Positions 24,301-37,699 of a DNA stretch of 64,000 nt are shown in pieces. Position numbers and translations under genes: made by a program. The first letter of the stretch is position 1; each line of letters begins with the position of its first letter. This DNA is from Neoechinorhynchus agilis. Taxonomy: Eukaryota > Animalia > Acanthocephala. The stretch covers positions 10,493,480 through 10,557,479 of the forward strand of contig CM121342.1 of assembly GCA_051530055.1 (NCBI GenBank), read 5' to 3'. Under the pieces are notes generated by a model, which was given only the letters and a program-made list of their open reading frames with translations, did no database searches and was not told the DNA's origin.

Positions 24301-26698
24301 AGGGTTTTTTGAACACACGTACCAGCATTTCCGAAAACTCATCAATTAAAGCTTCCTGAATACCTTCAATTATAATTTTGCCATCCTTCCCGATGCTTTT
24401 CTCATAGTTTTTCATCTGAAATGTTGTCGAGGAAATCAGTCGCTAAAATATGTGTTTAAAAATAACAGTTTCGACCCTCTAAAGCCCATGAATAGGGACT
24501 TCATAACCACTAAATAATACCTATTTCGACACCGATTCTTTTATAAAGAATGTTTGAAAGAGGTTAGCGAAAAGTGACTTGGCTTATAGATATGAAACCG
24601 ATGGTTGATGTGTGAAAAATACATATCCACAAACCAAAACAGAGCGAATCCTTGATATTCCTTCGCTACTCGAGAAAAGTTCATTATAACTAGATTCACT
24701 TCAATTGAAATTTGTCTGTGACGTGAAAATGGTTTGCCAAATTTCAAGAGCTGCCCTATGTGGCCCCTATGCAGAACATCGAATTTATTTGAAATTATAG
24801 AAACGGATCACCACAGAGGCTAAAGTAACGATGAAAATCCACAATTTGAAACGGAGCTACAATTTAGTCAAGAACACTTACAAGGATAAAACACTAGATA
24901 AACACTCGCCAAGGACAGTTATAATTGAATTTTAAACGAATCTTAATTAATATTTAAATTCAAATTCTTCGAAAGTAGCGATTTCATGAATGTTTACAAA
25001 ATCTGTCGACTTCGTCTTTTTGACAAGAAGTGAACTTGATTGAATTTGATTTTGAAAGCAATCGATTCCGATTAGTCGGATTAAATCGGCCGATTAACTC
25101 ACGTTCATGTAAATACATTTGTTTCGGTTCCTCAGAATTTGGTCCTAATAAGTGTCTAGTCCAACAAACCGGTGATTTGAGTCAAGTTAAGATGGATGGC
25201 GAATAATCAAAAAACGAAATGCAAAGCACCTTCTTCCGTATTGTCAACTGATCTCTCATTATTTCGTTCCCTTTGGCGTTGAGACACTCGGGTCGTTTGG
25301 TACCGCGGTACAGGAGTCGTTGACCTCTCGCTGGTCGTCGACCATCATCCTCCGGATCCGTCATTCACTCCAAAGTAGACAATCAGTTCGTGTTCACGAG
25401 AATTTTCTAAGAGATTGAGACGAATCATTGGCGATCCGAGATCAGGAACATTTCTCCTACCATACATAAGTCTGGCTTCGCAACGGCAAGGAACGCTACA
25501 TCCGTCCTTTCGACCGTTACACCAGGGCGACAGCTGAGTGATTCACAACGGTGATGCGAATGATTTCTGCTCCGAAATTAAGTGAACCTTTATAAGATAA
25601 GGTTGCCGTTTGTCAGTTAAGCGGTTGAAAAATAAGATCAATCGAAGAAGTTAATTACGAACTTCAACAGGAACCACAAATTCTCTTCAAAATCGCGATG
25701 TACGGCAAACTTGCAAAACAGTTTGAACCGATAAACCACGAATAGAATTAAGATGAACAGCTTAAAAGTGATAAGGAAGCAAGTAGCCACTTACGCTATT
25801 TACCTCAATCCCCATTTCAAACGTTCTCGAATCTCCCAAAAGCTTCACTAAAATCCATTTCAATCTGAAATTACGCTTAAAAGTTTTTTTACACATTCAA
25901 AAGCGAGAAAGTGAGAGAAATCGAATTTATATATTCCATACAATGACAAAGCTACATCCATTCTTGTGACACTAGTTACCAGTTTTCAAAAACATCGATT
26001 CCATTTCTCAATAACATCACATGCGCCACTAACTTGAACGAACTTTCGCACATCAAGATCGAAAGTATCAGTGAGTATGCGTATTCTCCTGGACAGAAAT
26101 CGCTTTCTGAGGTTAATCAGATGATCCATAATTGCAAGTGAACACAAACATAACGGATTTCGAACTGATTCCAAAATCAATATTTTTGAGTGAATGCTCA
26201 AATGAAACGCCCTCTTGTCAGAACGAAATTTCTCAATCCTTTCATCTAATTTCTGTTGAATTCTCCGCTTAGCTAGTAGAGTCGGACTAATAGATCGTTT
26301 CCGTGTAGTTGTCCTTGGTTTCCTCGGTGTTGTCACTTTAGTGGACTCGTCCTTTTCTTGGTCTTCATCGACCGTGAGTTTTACTTTATCTGGAAGCATA
26401 CCACCTTCAGGTAAATCGTAAATTGATCGATATAATTCACGCCAGTCAGGATGCTGCTCGGTGATTGTAATTGGCCTTAGACGAGCTTCGTCGTCTTTCT
26501 GGTAAACCTTGTCGTATTGATCATAATGAACACCATGATCGAATAGCTCTTTTCGATCGACCATCTGGCCACATTCCGTGCATTGAATGCATTTCCCATT
26601 CTTGTCGAATTCCGCAAAGAAACGAAATCGTAAAGAGGTTGGCTTGCCCCTTCGTTCACGAATAAATTCAACTTGTTTATATACAACCGACTTGGCTG
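21339..26698 (-). CDS. DROSHA: Drosha (class II RNase III), multi-exon; 5' end unresolved; no C-terminal dsRBD
   Basis: PLCLCS (~26150), PETNF...YRFSG (~24200), LLLQLALTHPS, NYERLEHLGDA and AADCLES (RIIIDa), NQRLEFLGDS and ADMFES (RIIIDb). The frame is open upstream of 26564 to an acceptor near 26698. Confidence 0.9.
25235..25580 (+). mobile_element. Diverged CRE-type 3' fragment inside a Drosha intron
   Basis: [13 protein letters not shown] and downstream sequence homologous to 30770-30990. Confidence 0.75.
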
Positions 26699-27033
26699 AC
26701 TAAAAAAAGAAATGGTGGTCATGGATACGACGATCGATGCACGTATGATAGTATCGATAAAGTATAAATGATTGCTGAAAACGACACACATTACGACTTG
26801 GTTGTCGTAAATGAACCAATCACCGAAGCTTATCAATTGGCTTCTAAGAAAAGCCAAAAACAAATGGCAGGAAAACACTCTGTTGTGTTTAATGGCGACG
26901 GAACAGTGGGAATGGATGACACACGAGTACATGCATATAAATACGAAACCTTAAATCATTGGGCTATTGCAGCTGCTCTTTAAATGAAAATCATTGAGAT
27001 TACCAAAGGTTTTATATTTTCCCCGTCTACATA

Positions 27034-27194
27034 ACTGTGTTCTTTGGTGATGAGAAGAATAGATATTGATTTATTAATTCTCAATATTTCGTCGGTCTTG
27101 TCAGACTTCTTCAAGTCGTTTCGCAAGTGAGACGGACGAAATATTGAGAATTAATAAATCAATATCCATTCTCCTCATCATCAAAAAATACATA
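27034..27194. mobile_element. MITE family A (fold-back)
   Basis: Long inverted arms ...agatattgatttattaattctcaatatttcgtc / gacgaaatattgagaattaataaatcaatat...; relatives at ~36967, ~45550 and ~54780. Confidence 0.75.
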
Positions 27195-27981
27195 TATAAA
27201 TGAATAACTTCTTTACATCCATATAACTGTATAGAAAATGTGTTTAAAATAGACTTTATAATACAATTATTCATGGTAAGCTATTTATAACGAGAGAAAA
27301 ATCACGAATTTTTAAATCGCTCTTTGTTGCATTAAGTGTGTGAAAATTTATTTAATTCGAAGACGTCTGTATTACACAGACTAAATAATATTCTAATCAA
27401 TATTTTACTTTGAACAATAAATTTTTCAATCAGTTTGGTGTTTGATAATTACAAGAACGCTATGGCGTCACTTGAAAGAATATAGACAACAACTGATTTT
27501 ACAAATTTCATACGATTACTGTACCTTCAGACAGCATCAATATTTTTATCGGATTAGATAAACTGGCATTTATCATTTTCACAAAGAAGGCAATTTTGGA
27601 ATTAAAATTTAATTGTTTATGGATTTTTGTGTTCTTTGAAAATTGCGAAATTCCATAATGTTTATGATACTGTCAGCGGTTTCAAACCTTCCCGAATATT
27701 TCAACAATATTTACTAAAAAATATAAATCTTTTCCTAATAAAATAATCTGTCATGATTTCAGGTTGAACTTAAAACTGATAATGATATTTCGTTTGATTA
27801 ACAAAAGAATATTAGAAATATTTTGGTACAAAAAAAAGAATTCGTTAGAATTGAATATGGTAAAAAATCGTCATAAACCATATTTTGCATTTATGAAAGT
27901 ATCGTAGTCAATACACATTTGCCGCCCTATCCTATAAATGTAAAATAGATGCAAAAAAGGAAACCCAAGTGAGAGAACTGT

Positions 27982-29060
27982 TTACGTATCTGTTTCCTCA
28001 GAAATAAATTTCAATTTGTAAATGCTCGTTTTGATAATCTCAATGGCATCAATATTTTTATCCGATAGGATGTATAGCTCTGTGCCGAAGTCAACAAGCC
28101 CAGCAAATACAAGGATTCGACTCTGATGTATTTTACCCTCCATTGGCAGTTTCCTACACAAAAAAGGCTCGACGGTTAATTGTTTTGTCGTTTTTAGTGG
28201 GAACAATATTTCACTTTGTCTTAATGTTTGCCGTACTCAAAATACAACTAAACATTTTTTGATTCAAAAACACTTACCGTTTGATGAAGCTTTTGAACAA
28301 GTACATTTTTCTTGTATTCTTTGGTGTTAACGTATGAGTAAAACGCCCGAAGAAATTTTCGAGCACCGTTCAGTGATACAAGGCAAAAACAGTCAATGTC
28401 GATCATCTCATTCTTCAGTTTGAAGGTCTCCAATAGAAAATCGGTTACATGGGAGCAACACTCGATAACCTTTTCCTGAGTAATCTGCTGATATATCCAA
28501 CATAGCCTCGCATTAAGTTCAATAATCGTCAATACTCCATAAAAGATTCTTTGTCAGTGTAGCGAGCATAAGATTGTAAGATTTTTTACTTGAAATCAAA
28601 AGGAAGCGGCGATCGTGGAGTAAATTTTGGATTTTAAATAAAAATAAGACTTTTAATTTCCGATTTTTAATTTGAGCTCAAAAGTGCTGAATTCGTTTCT
28701 TTGGAAATTTTAAATAACACCCACCCGCTACATTGACTCAATTGAACGCTGCAATTCTTTGCATTCCCAGTACAAGTCCAAGAGCCGAACAAAAGGTAAC
28801 TTTTGCTCGGTCACAAACAAGACATCAGCGCAAATCTCCGTGTGGATATGAAGGCGAACTTGATCGCATTTGGTCCAAACTTCATTTTCCACGTCAACTC
28901 TCCTATGCTTAATCCCATCCTCGTTTTTGCAAAGACTACATTCAAATGCATCTTCACAGCATTCGTATGCTTCTCTCGTCTCCGCCGAAAATTGAGAATC
29001 AATCACAAATTCGCAATCGCTACCATCACTATCACCATCACCATCATTATTCATGATCAA
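27982..29060 (-). CDS. Hypothetical multi-exon protein
   Basis: Three collinear ORFs; the first two join in frame through a 189 nt GT-AG intron (28737-28549); no family recognised. Confidence 0.55.
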
Positions 29061-29957
29061 AAATATATATTTCCATTGGTATCATCACGTCTTTCGCCTC
29101 TCGGCAAAATCCACGGAAGAACGTAACAAATGTTTTGAACTATCTGATTGATCGCGAGTTTGGTTAGGATTTTCTTAATTGAACCAACTCTTCATGCAAA
29201 TTAAACAATCGTTCTTAAACTTGGCTCTCTTTATCTATCATCTGCCTCCTTTGTGCGAGGTTCTTCATTTCCCTTCTTGGATTGTTAGAAGACGGAGTAA
29301 AACTTCGAACATTTGTTATAAACCGCTTAACTTGCTTAAATAAGGACAATCGAAAAAAATAACATACGGTTGAGAGATCAGTCGACAATCCACCAATTAA
29401 TATGGACGTGTGTTAGTCGTTAATTGCTAAACCGCATTTAATTTGCTGATTTATAGCAAGTACTTTTCATAAAAGAAAGCAAAGTTCAAGTCATGTGCAT
29501 TTCCATTCAATTATTCGATTAGCTCCCTATTAAATTGAGATGCACTCGCTTGTCTATAGAGAAATGATCTTCTCTTGAGTGAATTCAGCACGAATAGTCC
29601 CACCTCGCTTACAATTAACACCGATACAATTTTCTACGCTTCGTTAAATTTCGAAAATTCACCCGAGCTTATCGATCACTAAGAACTTGAGTTGTTTTTA
29701 CCTTTTTCAAAAATAATTCAATGATTATGTTCAAAGTAGGTGCAATGATTTTTGCGTTTGCTTTATATATGGTCCTACGAATTCGAAACACAATGGTTCA
29801 ATCAGTAAAATCTAGAACAAACCTTTAACAGTTTTCATTAGAAAATTTAACTATTACGTTTTTACCTGCATCAAGTTTGTTTCCTTGTCTTAGATGCCTC
29901 TTCGGATGATTTCCGACATTACCAAGGTTTGGACTGAAAAACACTATGCCGATCTAT

Positions 29958-31000
29958 AACCGCAACTTTCCGTGCTGTGCGAACGAGTTGATGAATTATA
30001 TTAACACGAGGCTCTGTTCCTGATCAAGAACGCCCTCTTCATTCCAAAACTGCTGTATAAGCTACGCAGAGCACCTTGTTTAGACATAAGCATAAGCTGG
30101 CAAAATTAGACGAGACGGTGAAAGCCTCTCTTGAGAAAATTTAAAATACTTAGCTGTCGGACGAGGCCTGAAATCAAGCGTCCCGCCAATGGTTGCAAAC
30201 AATTAGTTTGGAATAAGCCCTGGTAGCGAGAATTCAATACTCTTTAATTTCAGATTCTCGTGACCTGGTGAACCGAACTCGATTGGCGGCAGTCTCTACA
30301 GGAGAACCGGGTGCTTGGCTCAACGCTATCCAAATCGCTTCTTTGGGTACCCTTCTCTCCGACGAGACAGTAAGGATTGCAGTGTCCCTGAGATTTGGGG
30401 TATCGATGTGCACGTCCTATCGCTGCCGTTGAGGAGCGAACGTGGAACCATCGGGACGCCATGGTCTCGTCTGTTGGCAATCAGGCGGAATGTACTCACG
30501 ACACGAGGAAGTAAATGCAATTCTTATTCGTGCCCTGAATACTGTGAATGCGCCCAACATCCTAGCGTCGAGCAATCTTTGTCACTCGATGGCCGTAGAC
30601 CGGGCGGTATCACAGTATTTCCGTGGCAAGAAGGAAAATGCCTTCTCCGGGACGCTACGTTCATGGACACGATCGCAGCCAGCAACATAAAATTCGCTAC
30701 CATTACACCAGGGGAGCAGCAACCGCTGCTGAAGAACGCAAAAAGGCAAAATACAAGGACCTGAGTCGAAATCATCATTTTGTTCCCTTTGGCGTCGAGA
30801 CATTTGGGTCGTTTGGTACCACGGCACAGGACCCGGTCAAGCAATTGCCCAAGACATTGAGACGAATCACTGGCGATTTGAGATAAAGAACATTCCTCCC
30901 ACAAAACATAATCCTGGCTGTGCAACGGGAAGGAACGCTGCATCCCTCTTTGAACCATTACACCAGGACGGCAGCTGAGTGATCCAGAGCGGTGCCGTGA
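29958..31000 (+). mobile_element. CRE-clade non-LTR retrotransposon 3' fragment (REL endonuclease), decayed
   Basis: [21 protein letters not shown] zinc knuckle; [26 protein letters not shown]; [18 protein letters not shown]; frameshifted; internal deletion relative to the 42-43 kb copy. Confidence 0.85.
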
Positions 31001-31752
31001 ATGTATATAAACTCTTCCGAGCCTTTAAAAGGTTTAAATTCGCAGCGCACAAAATCTGTGCAGAGGATTAACTGAAATATTTAGATCGTGCGCTTAAAAT
31101 TTGGTTCGATTTAAAAGTATATCGATAAAATGTTGTTTAAATAATGAGTTTCTATACACAAGTTCAACTTATCCGTTTCCTCAATTGTTTTTTCGGTTAA
31201 ATAATCCTTAAAATGATAGACTTTCGCACACTGTGATTTTATTCATAACTCATGAGGGATTGTATTTTCTCATTAATTTAGCTCAGGGTAGCAAGCGCAT
31301 GCTGATAGGAATCAGGTTTATTAATTTTAAATGTGATCTAATATCCCTCTTGAGATAACAAACTAATTGAAGGCTCGTGCTACAAAAGTGTCAAGTTTAG
31401 ATTTGTCATTTATTGCGGTGTTGGTTGTTGAAGTCCTTTGTTAAGGCGGACGTTATCGATCTTATTTGTTGAACTTTGTCTTCAGAATCGATACAAATAA
31501 TCGCTATAGTCAAAAAAAGGTTTATAAATTAATCGTAAGCGCGTCGGGAGTTATTTGCTTAAAAAACCGTCTTTGGTTTGAAAATTCTATTAGATCGTAA
31601 ATTTTACTCAAGTTTGTTTTATGATTATAAAAACAAATCTTGCCAGGGTTTTCACGAAGTTAAACTTATAGATTTGGGAATTCAACAATCACGCTCATGA
31701 ACACTATAGGCATTTTAGGAAATAATGTTAGGAAATCGATTATACAATACAG

Positions 31753-33006
31753 TCAATGTGCTTCTCTAGCATGCGTCTCGGTGGATTGAATATTTTGAAT
31801 TCTCGGTACTTTGATTGGGAAATTAATGCTCTCGTCTTCGCCATACCAATGGTTGTCCTTAATCATATAACTCAGTTCTATAATGTACTTTCCTTCCTTA
31901 TATTTTTGACTATGTTCAAATGCATGCTCCTTACCATTCGATCGAATAAGACTTTATAACAAAAGAAGACTTACGTATTTCCAGCCAATTTTTGACTTGC
32001 AACATTTACAATATATATCCGCTACTTCGTGGAGACCAGTTATTGCACGGGTGGACAAATTCATTCGTCCAGGAAAAAACTACCTTTAAAGTGCCGACAA
32101 ATAGTGATGGAAATTAAGTTCTCCACTAATACGCTGCAGTTTTAAAATTCTATTTTACAAAAGTTTACATGAACAAAAATCGCACTACATTCGGGTTTTC
32201 CAAATGTTGTATCCGGACCAATAAAGAATGGGGACCAACAGCACATTTTGGTTCTTACAAAATCGGAATAATTTGAAAGGATCTTAAATCGATATAAAGA
32301 ATATTCCAGTGACTTCTACAGGTGAATCGCGAACAAATTACAGCTATTTACGATGAATATGAAATGATTTTCAAACATAAAATGAGGTGCTTTCACCGTA
32401 AAATATCTAACTGGAAACGTTTTTTTGTCTCTTTTAAGTAGAAGGCATATATTTCATTTTTAATTGAAATTCTTATATAAAAATCGGTTGTCTGACGGTT
32501 CTAAAAAAACTCGAATGTTAATGTTGTAAATTTACGGACGTTATACATTTTGTTAAAAGATAATTCAAAGATAGACTTTCAAGTGAATCGCGAACCGATC
32601 ACCTTCCTATCACTGTCAAGGTATAAAGCGGAGATTTTCGGTCACAATCTACGGTATGTAAGTGATCCTTGATACTTTTTTCAGATGATTATGTTTAAGT
32701 AAAATTTGTCCACCTCGTACATTAGCAGTACCCGTTCTTCAGGAGGTGTTGCATGGACGTTCACTCTATTAAAAGAGGACTGATTTTTGCTTGTGGGACT
32801 TTAAATTAAACTTACACAGAATTAAATAGATAAGCACGTCCATGGCTTCCTTGAAAGGACTGCGCAGTTTACGAATTCAATAATAAGAACAGTACCATGG
32901 AGCTGACCTTGGAGATAAGCTCATCGTGAGAGGCAAGATGAGCTTGACATATCTTGCATGAATAGGTGCGAAATGAGTAGTTCAGTCTATCTTTCACTGA
33001 CTTCAT
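31753..33006 (-). CDS. YPEL: Yippee-like zinc-binding protein; one junction interrupted by a 680 bp inverted-repeat element
   Basis: Manually spliced: [21 protein letters not shown]|[15 protein letters not shown]|[14 protein letters not shown]...[22 protein letters not shown]|[19 protein letters not shown]; three canonical 45-50 nt introns; start codon tentative. Confidence 0.92.
32043..32722. mobile_element. Non-autonomous TIR element inserted in the YPEL coding sequence
   Basis: Ends ttgcacgggtggacaaatt / aatttgtccacctcgtacat; flanking TA (or TTA/TAA) duplication; exact removal restores CTA ACT GGT (L-T-G). Confidence 0.8.
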
Positions 33007-35237
33007 CTGTGTATATATATGCCCCTTCGCGTCGTCTGTAACTTATAAGGGAGAAAATAAGATGAGGAAAGTGTCGCAGTTCCTTCTTCCTAGTGCAACG
33101 AACCCACATAAAAAAGTGCTAGTCGTTCGTTATTACGTGCTAGCGGTTACGAGAAATACTGACAAAAAACGAGAGGCATCTAAGGCAACCGAGAGGACAT
33201 AAAGACGAAAAACCACACTAATGATCCTAATTTGGTAATTGGAAAACATTATCCGGTTGCCAGATCGAAGAAAACAAGCGAAAATACAAATCCAATCAGT
33301 AAAGCGATCCATTACGAACGAAATATCGACTGAGAAATTGGGAAAAATCAAATTGATGATTTAATGAGGTTTATATTTGACCAAGAATAAAGAAAAGTAG
33401 CCTGAATGTCCTTATTTAAAGGTTCAAAGATGAATTAAATTTACCTAAGTTTTGTGTAAAATCTAGTTCGTGTTTAAACTTCAATGGCACTGCCAATATT
33501 GCGTTTTCTTATGTGTATTATAGCTGGTAGAAATAACCATGGATATAAGTCATCAAAAAAATTTAAGTGGTTTCTCGCAAAAAAAATCGATTCCGAACAA
33601 ATGAGGTTTTAAAAATATCGAAATCGATTTTCAATATTTGGATATTTCATAAAGATTAGACAAAGGACGTATTGAGCATATATTGAAAAGGCTCAATTTT
33701 TCGATAAAATACATTTGTTAAAATGTCAATTTTTGCATTTTTAATTCCATAACCTGAAATTTGCCTGCCCGAATATGAGTGATAGATGGATTAAATTTTA
33801 AAGGATTTAAACAATCTATCTACATTGTGACTTTTTTCGTATGCGACAGCAGGATTAATATTGCCCCATGAAAAAAAACGAACTCTCATGTGAAAATGAT
33901 CGATTTCGTGAAAGGAAGTGGGAGAACTTATCGTTGAGATTAGTCCCCTGGTCTACCATCAAGTATATCATCTTCCCTAGACAGCAAATCAAGCCTGGAA
34001 CCGCTATATAGATCCAGCGATAGAAGTTACTTTCACATGAGTTGGCACACACATAAAGACTTGCACATAGACTGCAACCCTTTTCATGTGAGAATCAATA
34101 GTGACGAGATAGTATGCTTTGCTTGCGATAATGACTGCTTGATGCCTTTATCTATTAGAAGAAATCTAGCCGATCGTCATTGCTTCTAGAGTCTAAAGAT
34201 TACTATCGGTGATCAAGATCTTTACTAAATGACTGTATAACAATCGATGGCGTACTATATTTTACGGATGAAGTCGTACAAATATACATATAAAGGAATG
34301 TTCTACTCTCATGTGTTCAATAAGATCTTTTATATTCGTTGTTGCTAGATAAGTACCACATTCGGTATTCTCGTGTGCCGCTTAGTCGTTAAGGATTGCG
34401 ATTATTTGTAGTTTTTATTTGAAGGCACAGTTCGACTATAACAATCAACACTTCAAATAATAACTTTATTGATTTAAAAAAATGCCAATTTCTTTTTATT
34501 GGTTTAGAGAATGTGACTGTACGACAGCTTTCGGTGGCTCTTTGGTATCGTCAGGGACTTTTATGAATTTTTTCATAACTTACGTTCCATATTTAAACAG
34601 TGATAGCAAAACTACCGCACTATGTAAATGCTCGAGATTTAAGAATTATTAGCAAAAATAATTGATTTTATATAGCTGTCAAACACCGAGCTAAAACGAG
34701 CACCAAATATCGTCTGCTAATATTAGCGTTCAGCGATTAATGACTTTATTAACGCCTTTGAAGAAGTACTTACTTTTAAGAGTATAAATTCATTTCCATT
34801 TATTTCCGAGCAACCTCTCTGCATATGCTTTAAATAACATGTTAGATGTCGTATACCCAGAAAAGTCCATAAATTCCATAACATCAGGATTTTCTAAGTA
34901 GACTGAATAATTGGGCCAACCTAAAGCTCGCAATAAAGTTGTTGACGGATATCACAAATGTTATTTTCCCTAGTCTCGCGCGCGTCCAAAAAGTCAAAAA
35001 TTTGAGTAAAGTTATCTTAAATTTCATCAGGAAATTCGATTCTCTCATTCATTTTAAGATCCAAATAGTTCGATTTTATGCATGGTGAGTCTTGTTAAAT
35101 TTTATAGTAGTCAAGTGACAGGGACATTAGTCTTTGAAGCATACAAGTCGTGCTGATATATCGTTGATTGAACCAGTTTTTTGGATGAAAAGAGAAAGGA
35201 TTCGATATGCGAATTTAAACTTCAATCGTTATATGAG

Positions 35238-35393
35238 ATTGGTTGTTTTCTGGCAAAGAAATTCAAATGATTTTATTTTTAAATCCGATATTTCGGCACA
35301 ATCTTGTACGCCTTTATCAATGCGATTAAAACACTTTAACAATCTGATTTTAAAATAAAATCATTTTAATTTCTTCGCCAGAAAACAACCAAT
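35238..35393. mobile_element. MITE family B (fold-back)
   Basis: ~50 bp inverted arms attggttgttttctggc... / ...gccagaaaacaaccaat; core aaatccgatatttcggcacaatcttg shared with ~39285 and ~45780. Confidence 0.7.
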
Positions 35394-36966
35394 ACGAACA
35401 ATTAAATCTTTAAACGTTATGTTAAAGTCGTAGGAGAAGTGTCATGTTGAAAAGCGATTCACAACGATGCTTTAAAATGATTTTAAAATTTCCGCCTCGC
35501 TTTTTTATATCCGAGAAACATACTTGAGATTTGGAAACATTTTACAAGATGAGAACAACTTCAAAAATGCAATTTGGCAATTCAATCTTTTCTAGTTAAG
35601 AGTCATTAATTTTTTTTAGTGTACACAGAATACCAATATTTTGTCAATGTTTCTTGAAATCTTATTCGCCATATCATAACGCCATATTCCGGATTTCTTG
35701 TAAAACTTAAATGGATCGATTAAATCAGATAAAATAAATCGAGTCCATAGAACTCACCGATATCCGATCATTACATAATCTACACACTCTCCGTTGTCCC
35801 ATAAAATTTTCTTTTCCGTTTTTTAAGTTCGTGAACACGGCAACAGCGCTTACACTGCACCTCGTGCAAGTCACCTAAAAGTGTTTTGAGAGGTTTTCTG
35901 TTTTCGTTTGAATAATTACATTTTGGCAACAAAGGCAAAGGGTTCGCATAAAGCAAGCATACCATTGATATTTTTCTCCACATAGTAGGCATTCGTTGCG
36001 TCCATCGCCTACAAGACAATTCATTTGTTTTGTGAGTCGTGATCGAAGTTGCCTGCAAAGATAATAGCTTTTCTTTAAACAAAGAATTTTAGTTACTCTA
36101 ATCGTTGTTCTTCATCGCGTCTCAATCGATCATCACGCTCAAGAACTTCCATTATTATTTGAATTTCATCCATTGTTAATCTAGCTCTAACGCGCAATAT
36201 TTCTTTAATTCTTATGTTTCAAAATTGAATTATTCGTAATTGTTTAGAAGTGTTCACTCCGTAAGTTGTCGGGTTAATCATCAGTTTGTTTATTAAATAA
36301 ACAATACTTGTGAATTTTCAATATCCAATTTTTTATACTGAACTTATTTATAAAAAAATTTGGAGGAAAACTTTATCCGGCAAAAAATGCTTAACCGTCC
36401 TCGTCCTCAATTGTCGCCCGAATGCTTGCAGTGTTGCCTCTCAACATATTTCAGAACTGCAATTTAAAAAAATCTTGAATTCAAAGAAATATTGCTTTTA
36501 AATCCAGTCCAAGCGCTTAATGATGACCAACCATATTTCAGTCTAAAAATAAGGAGATGTGATTCTGCTTCCAATGTTTAAGAACCTAAATTTAAGATAT
36601 TATGCAAAAAAAGATCTCATGCCTCTAGAAATAGCGAATTTCGGTTTCTAGCAAAAACATTATTTATTGGGTCGAATTATGCGACTGATCCATGTCTTTT
36701 CTTCTTCCGCGCGTCTTCCATTTGCTGAGAAGACGAATGTTTCCTAAATAAAAGAAATCAAATCCAGCATTTAAGTACTATCCACTGTAAATATCAAAAA
36801 CAGGATTTGGCGATATTTCTTCTTGGAAGTTTTTCGAATAAGGAAAGCTCGTTGTTTGATTATTCAGGCATGATTATGAGGGCATCATCGGCGAAAAAGA
36901 TGTGCTTCTTAGTGTTTAATTTACTGAGAATGATTGCTCGAAATTTGCCTATAAAAATATTTCCTT

Positions 36967-37108
36967 TATGTGTTCTTTGGTGGTAAGAAAAATAGATATT
37001 GATTTATTAATTCTCAATATTTCGTCCGTCTCATCGAACTCTTTAGGTCGTTTCGCAAGTTATTACAACGTCTTTCAAAGAGGACGAATTATCACCAAAG
37101 AACACATA
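36967..37108. mobile_element. MITE family A
   Basis: Perfect 16 bp terminal inverted repeat TATGTGTTCTTTGGTG with TA ends (Tc1/mariner-like). Confidence 0.75.
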
Positions 37109-37699
37109 GAGAATATTTCCGTGAATGTCTGCAAAGTTGAAACGCATTCAGGTAGTAAATCTAGTGAATTTCGATGAATCCTTTTGCGTTTAAATTGCCT
37201 TAGAAACAAAAAGTTCATTGCTACTTCCAAAAGCGATCTAATTAGTAACATTGTTCTTCTTTTTTGTTTAATTCTCTGAAAAAATTACAATTTCCACCAA
37301 AAATGGTAATGAAGTTCCTAAATAACGAGATAGACACTTTCATCGCACCACGATGAAACCGAGATTGATTAGCGTTAAAATCAGTAAATTTTTTTACATT
37401 TAAATGTATATTCAAACCAACCTCGCCCTTAGAAGCAATTCCCCATCATCCGGACACGCCCATACTTTTCTATTTCCGACGCAACCGATGAACATTTCAC
37501 TTGCTTTCCTTGCGGCAAAATCGTCTCCTACAGACTCCCAATAGCGTAACTTTTCTAGACTGCGCATAAATCCACTATTCCGTGGCACACATTTCTCGCT
37601 CTCGATTACGAGAGAGCGGCACAATGCATTTGCTACTACACATTTTAACACTCATTTTCCATCTCTTCTCATTTGATCGTTTGATTTCTTTGTTTTAAG

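Noticed and set aside
26768-26983. 71 aa plus-strand ORF near the Drosha 5' end
   Set aside because: Looks protein-like but overlaps an open minus-strand frame that could be a Drosha 5' exon; cannot decide without RNA data.
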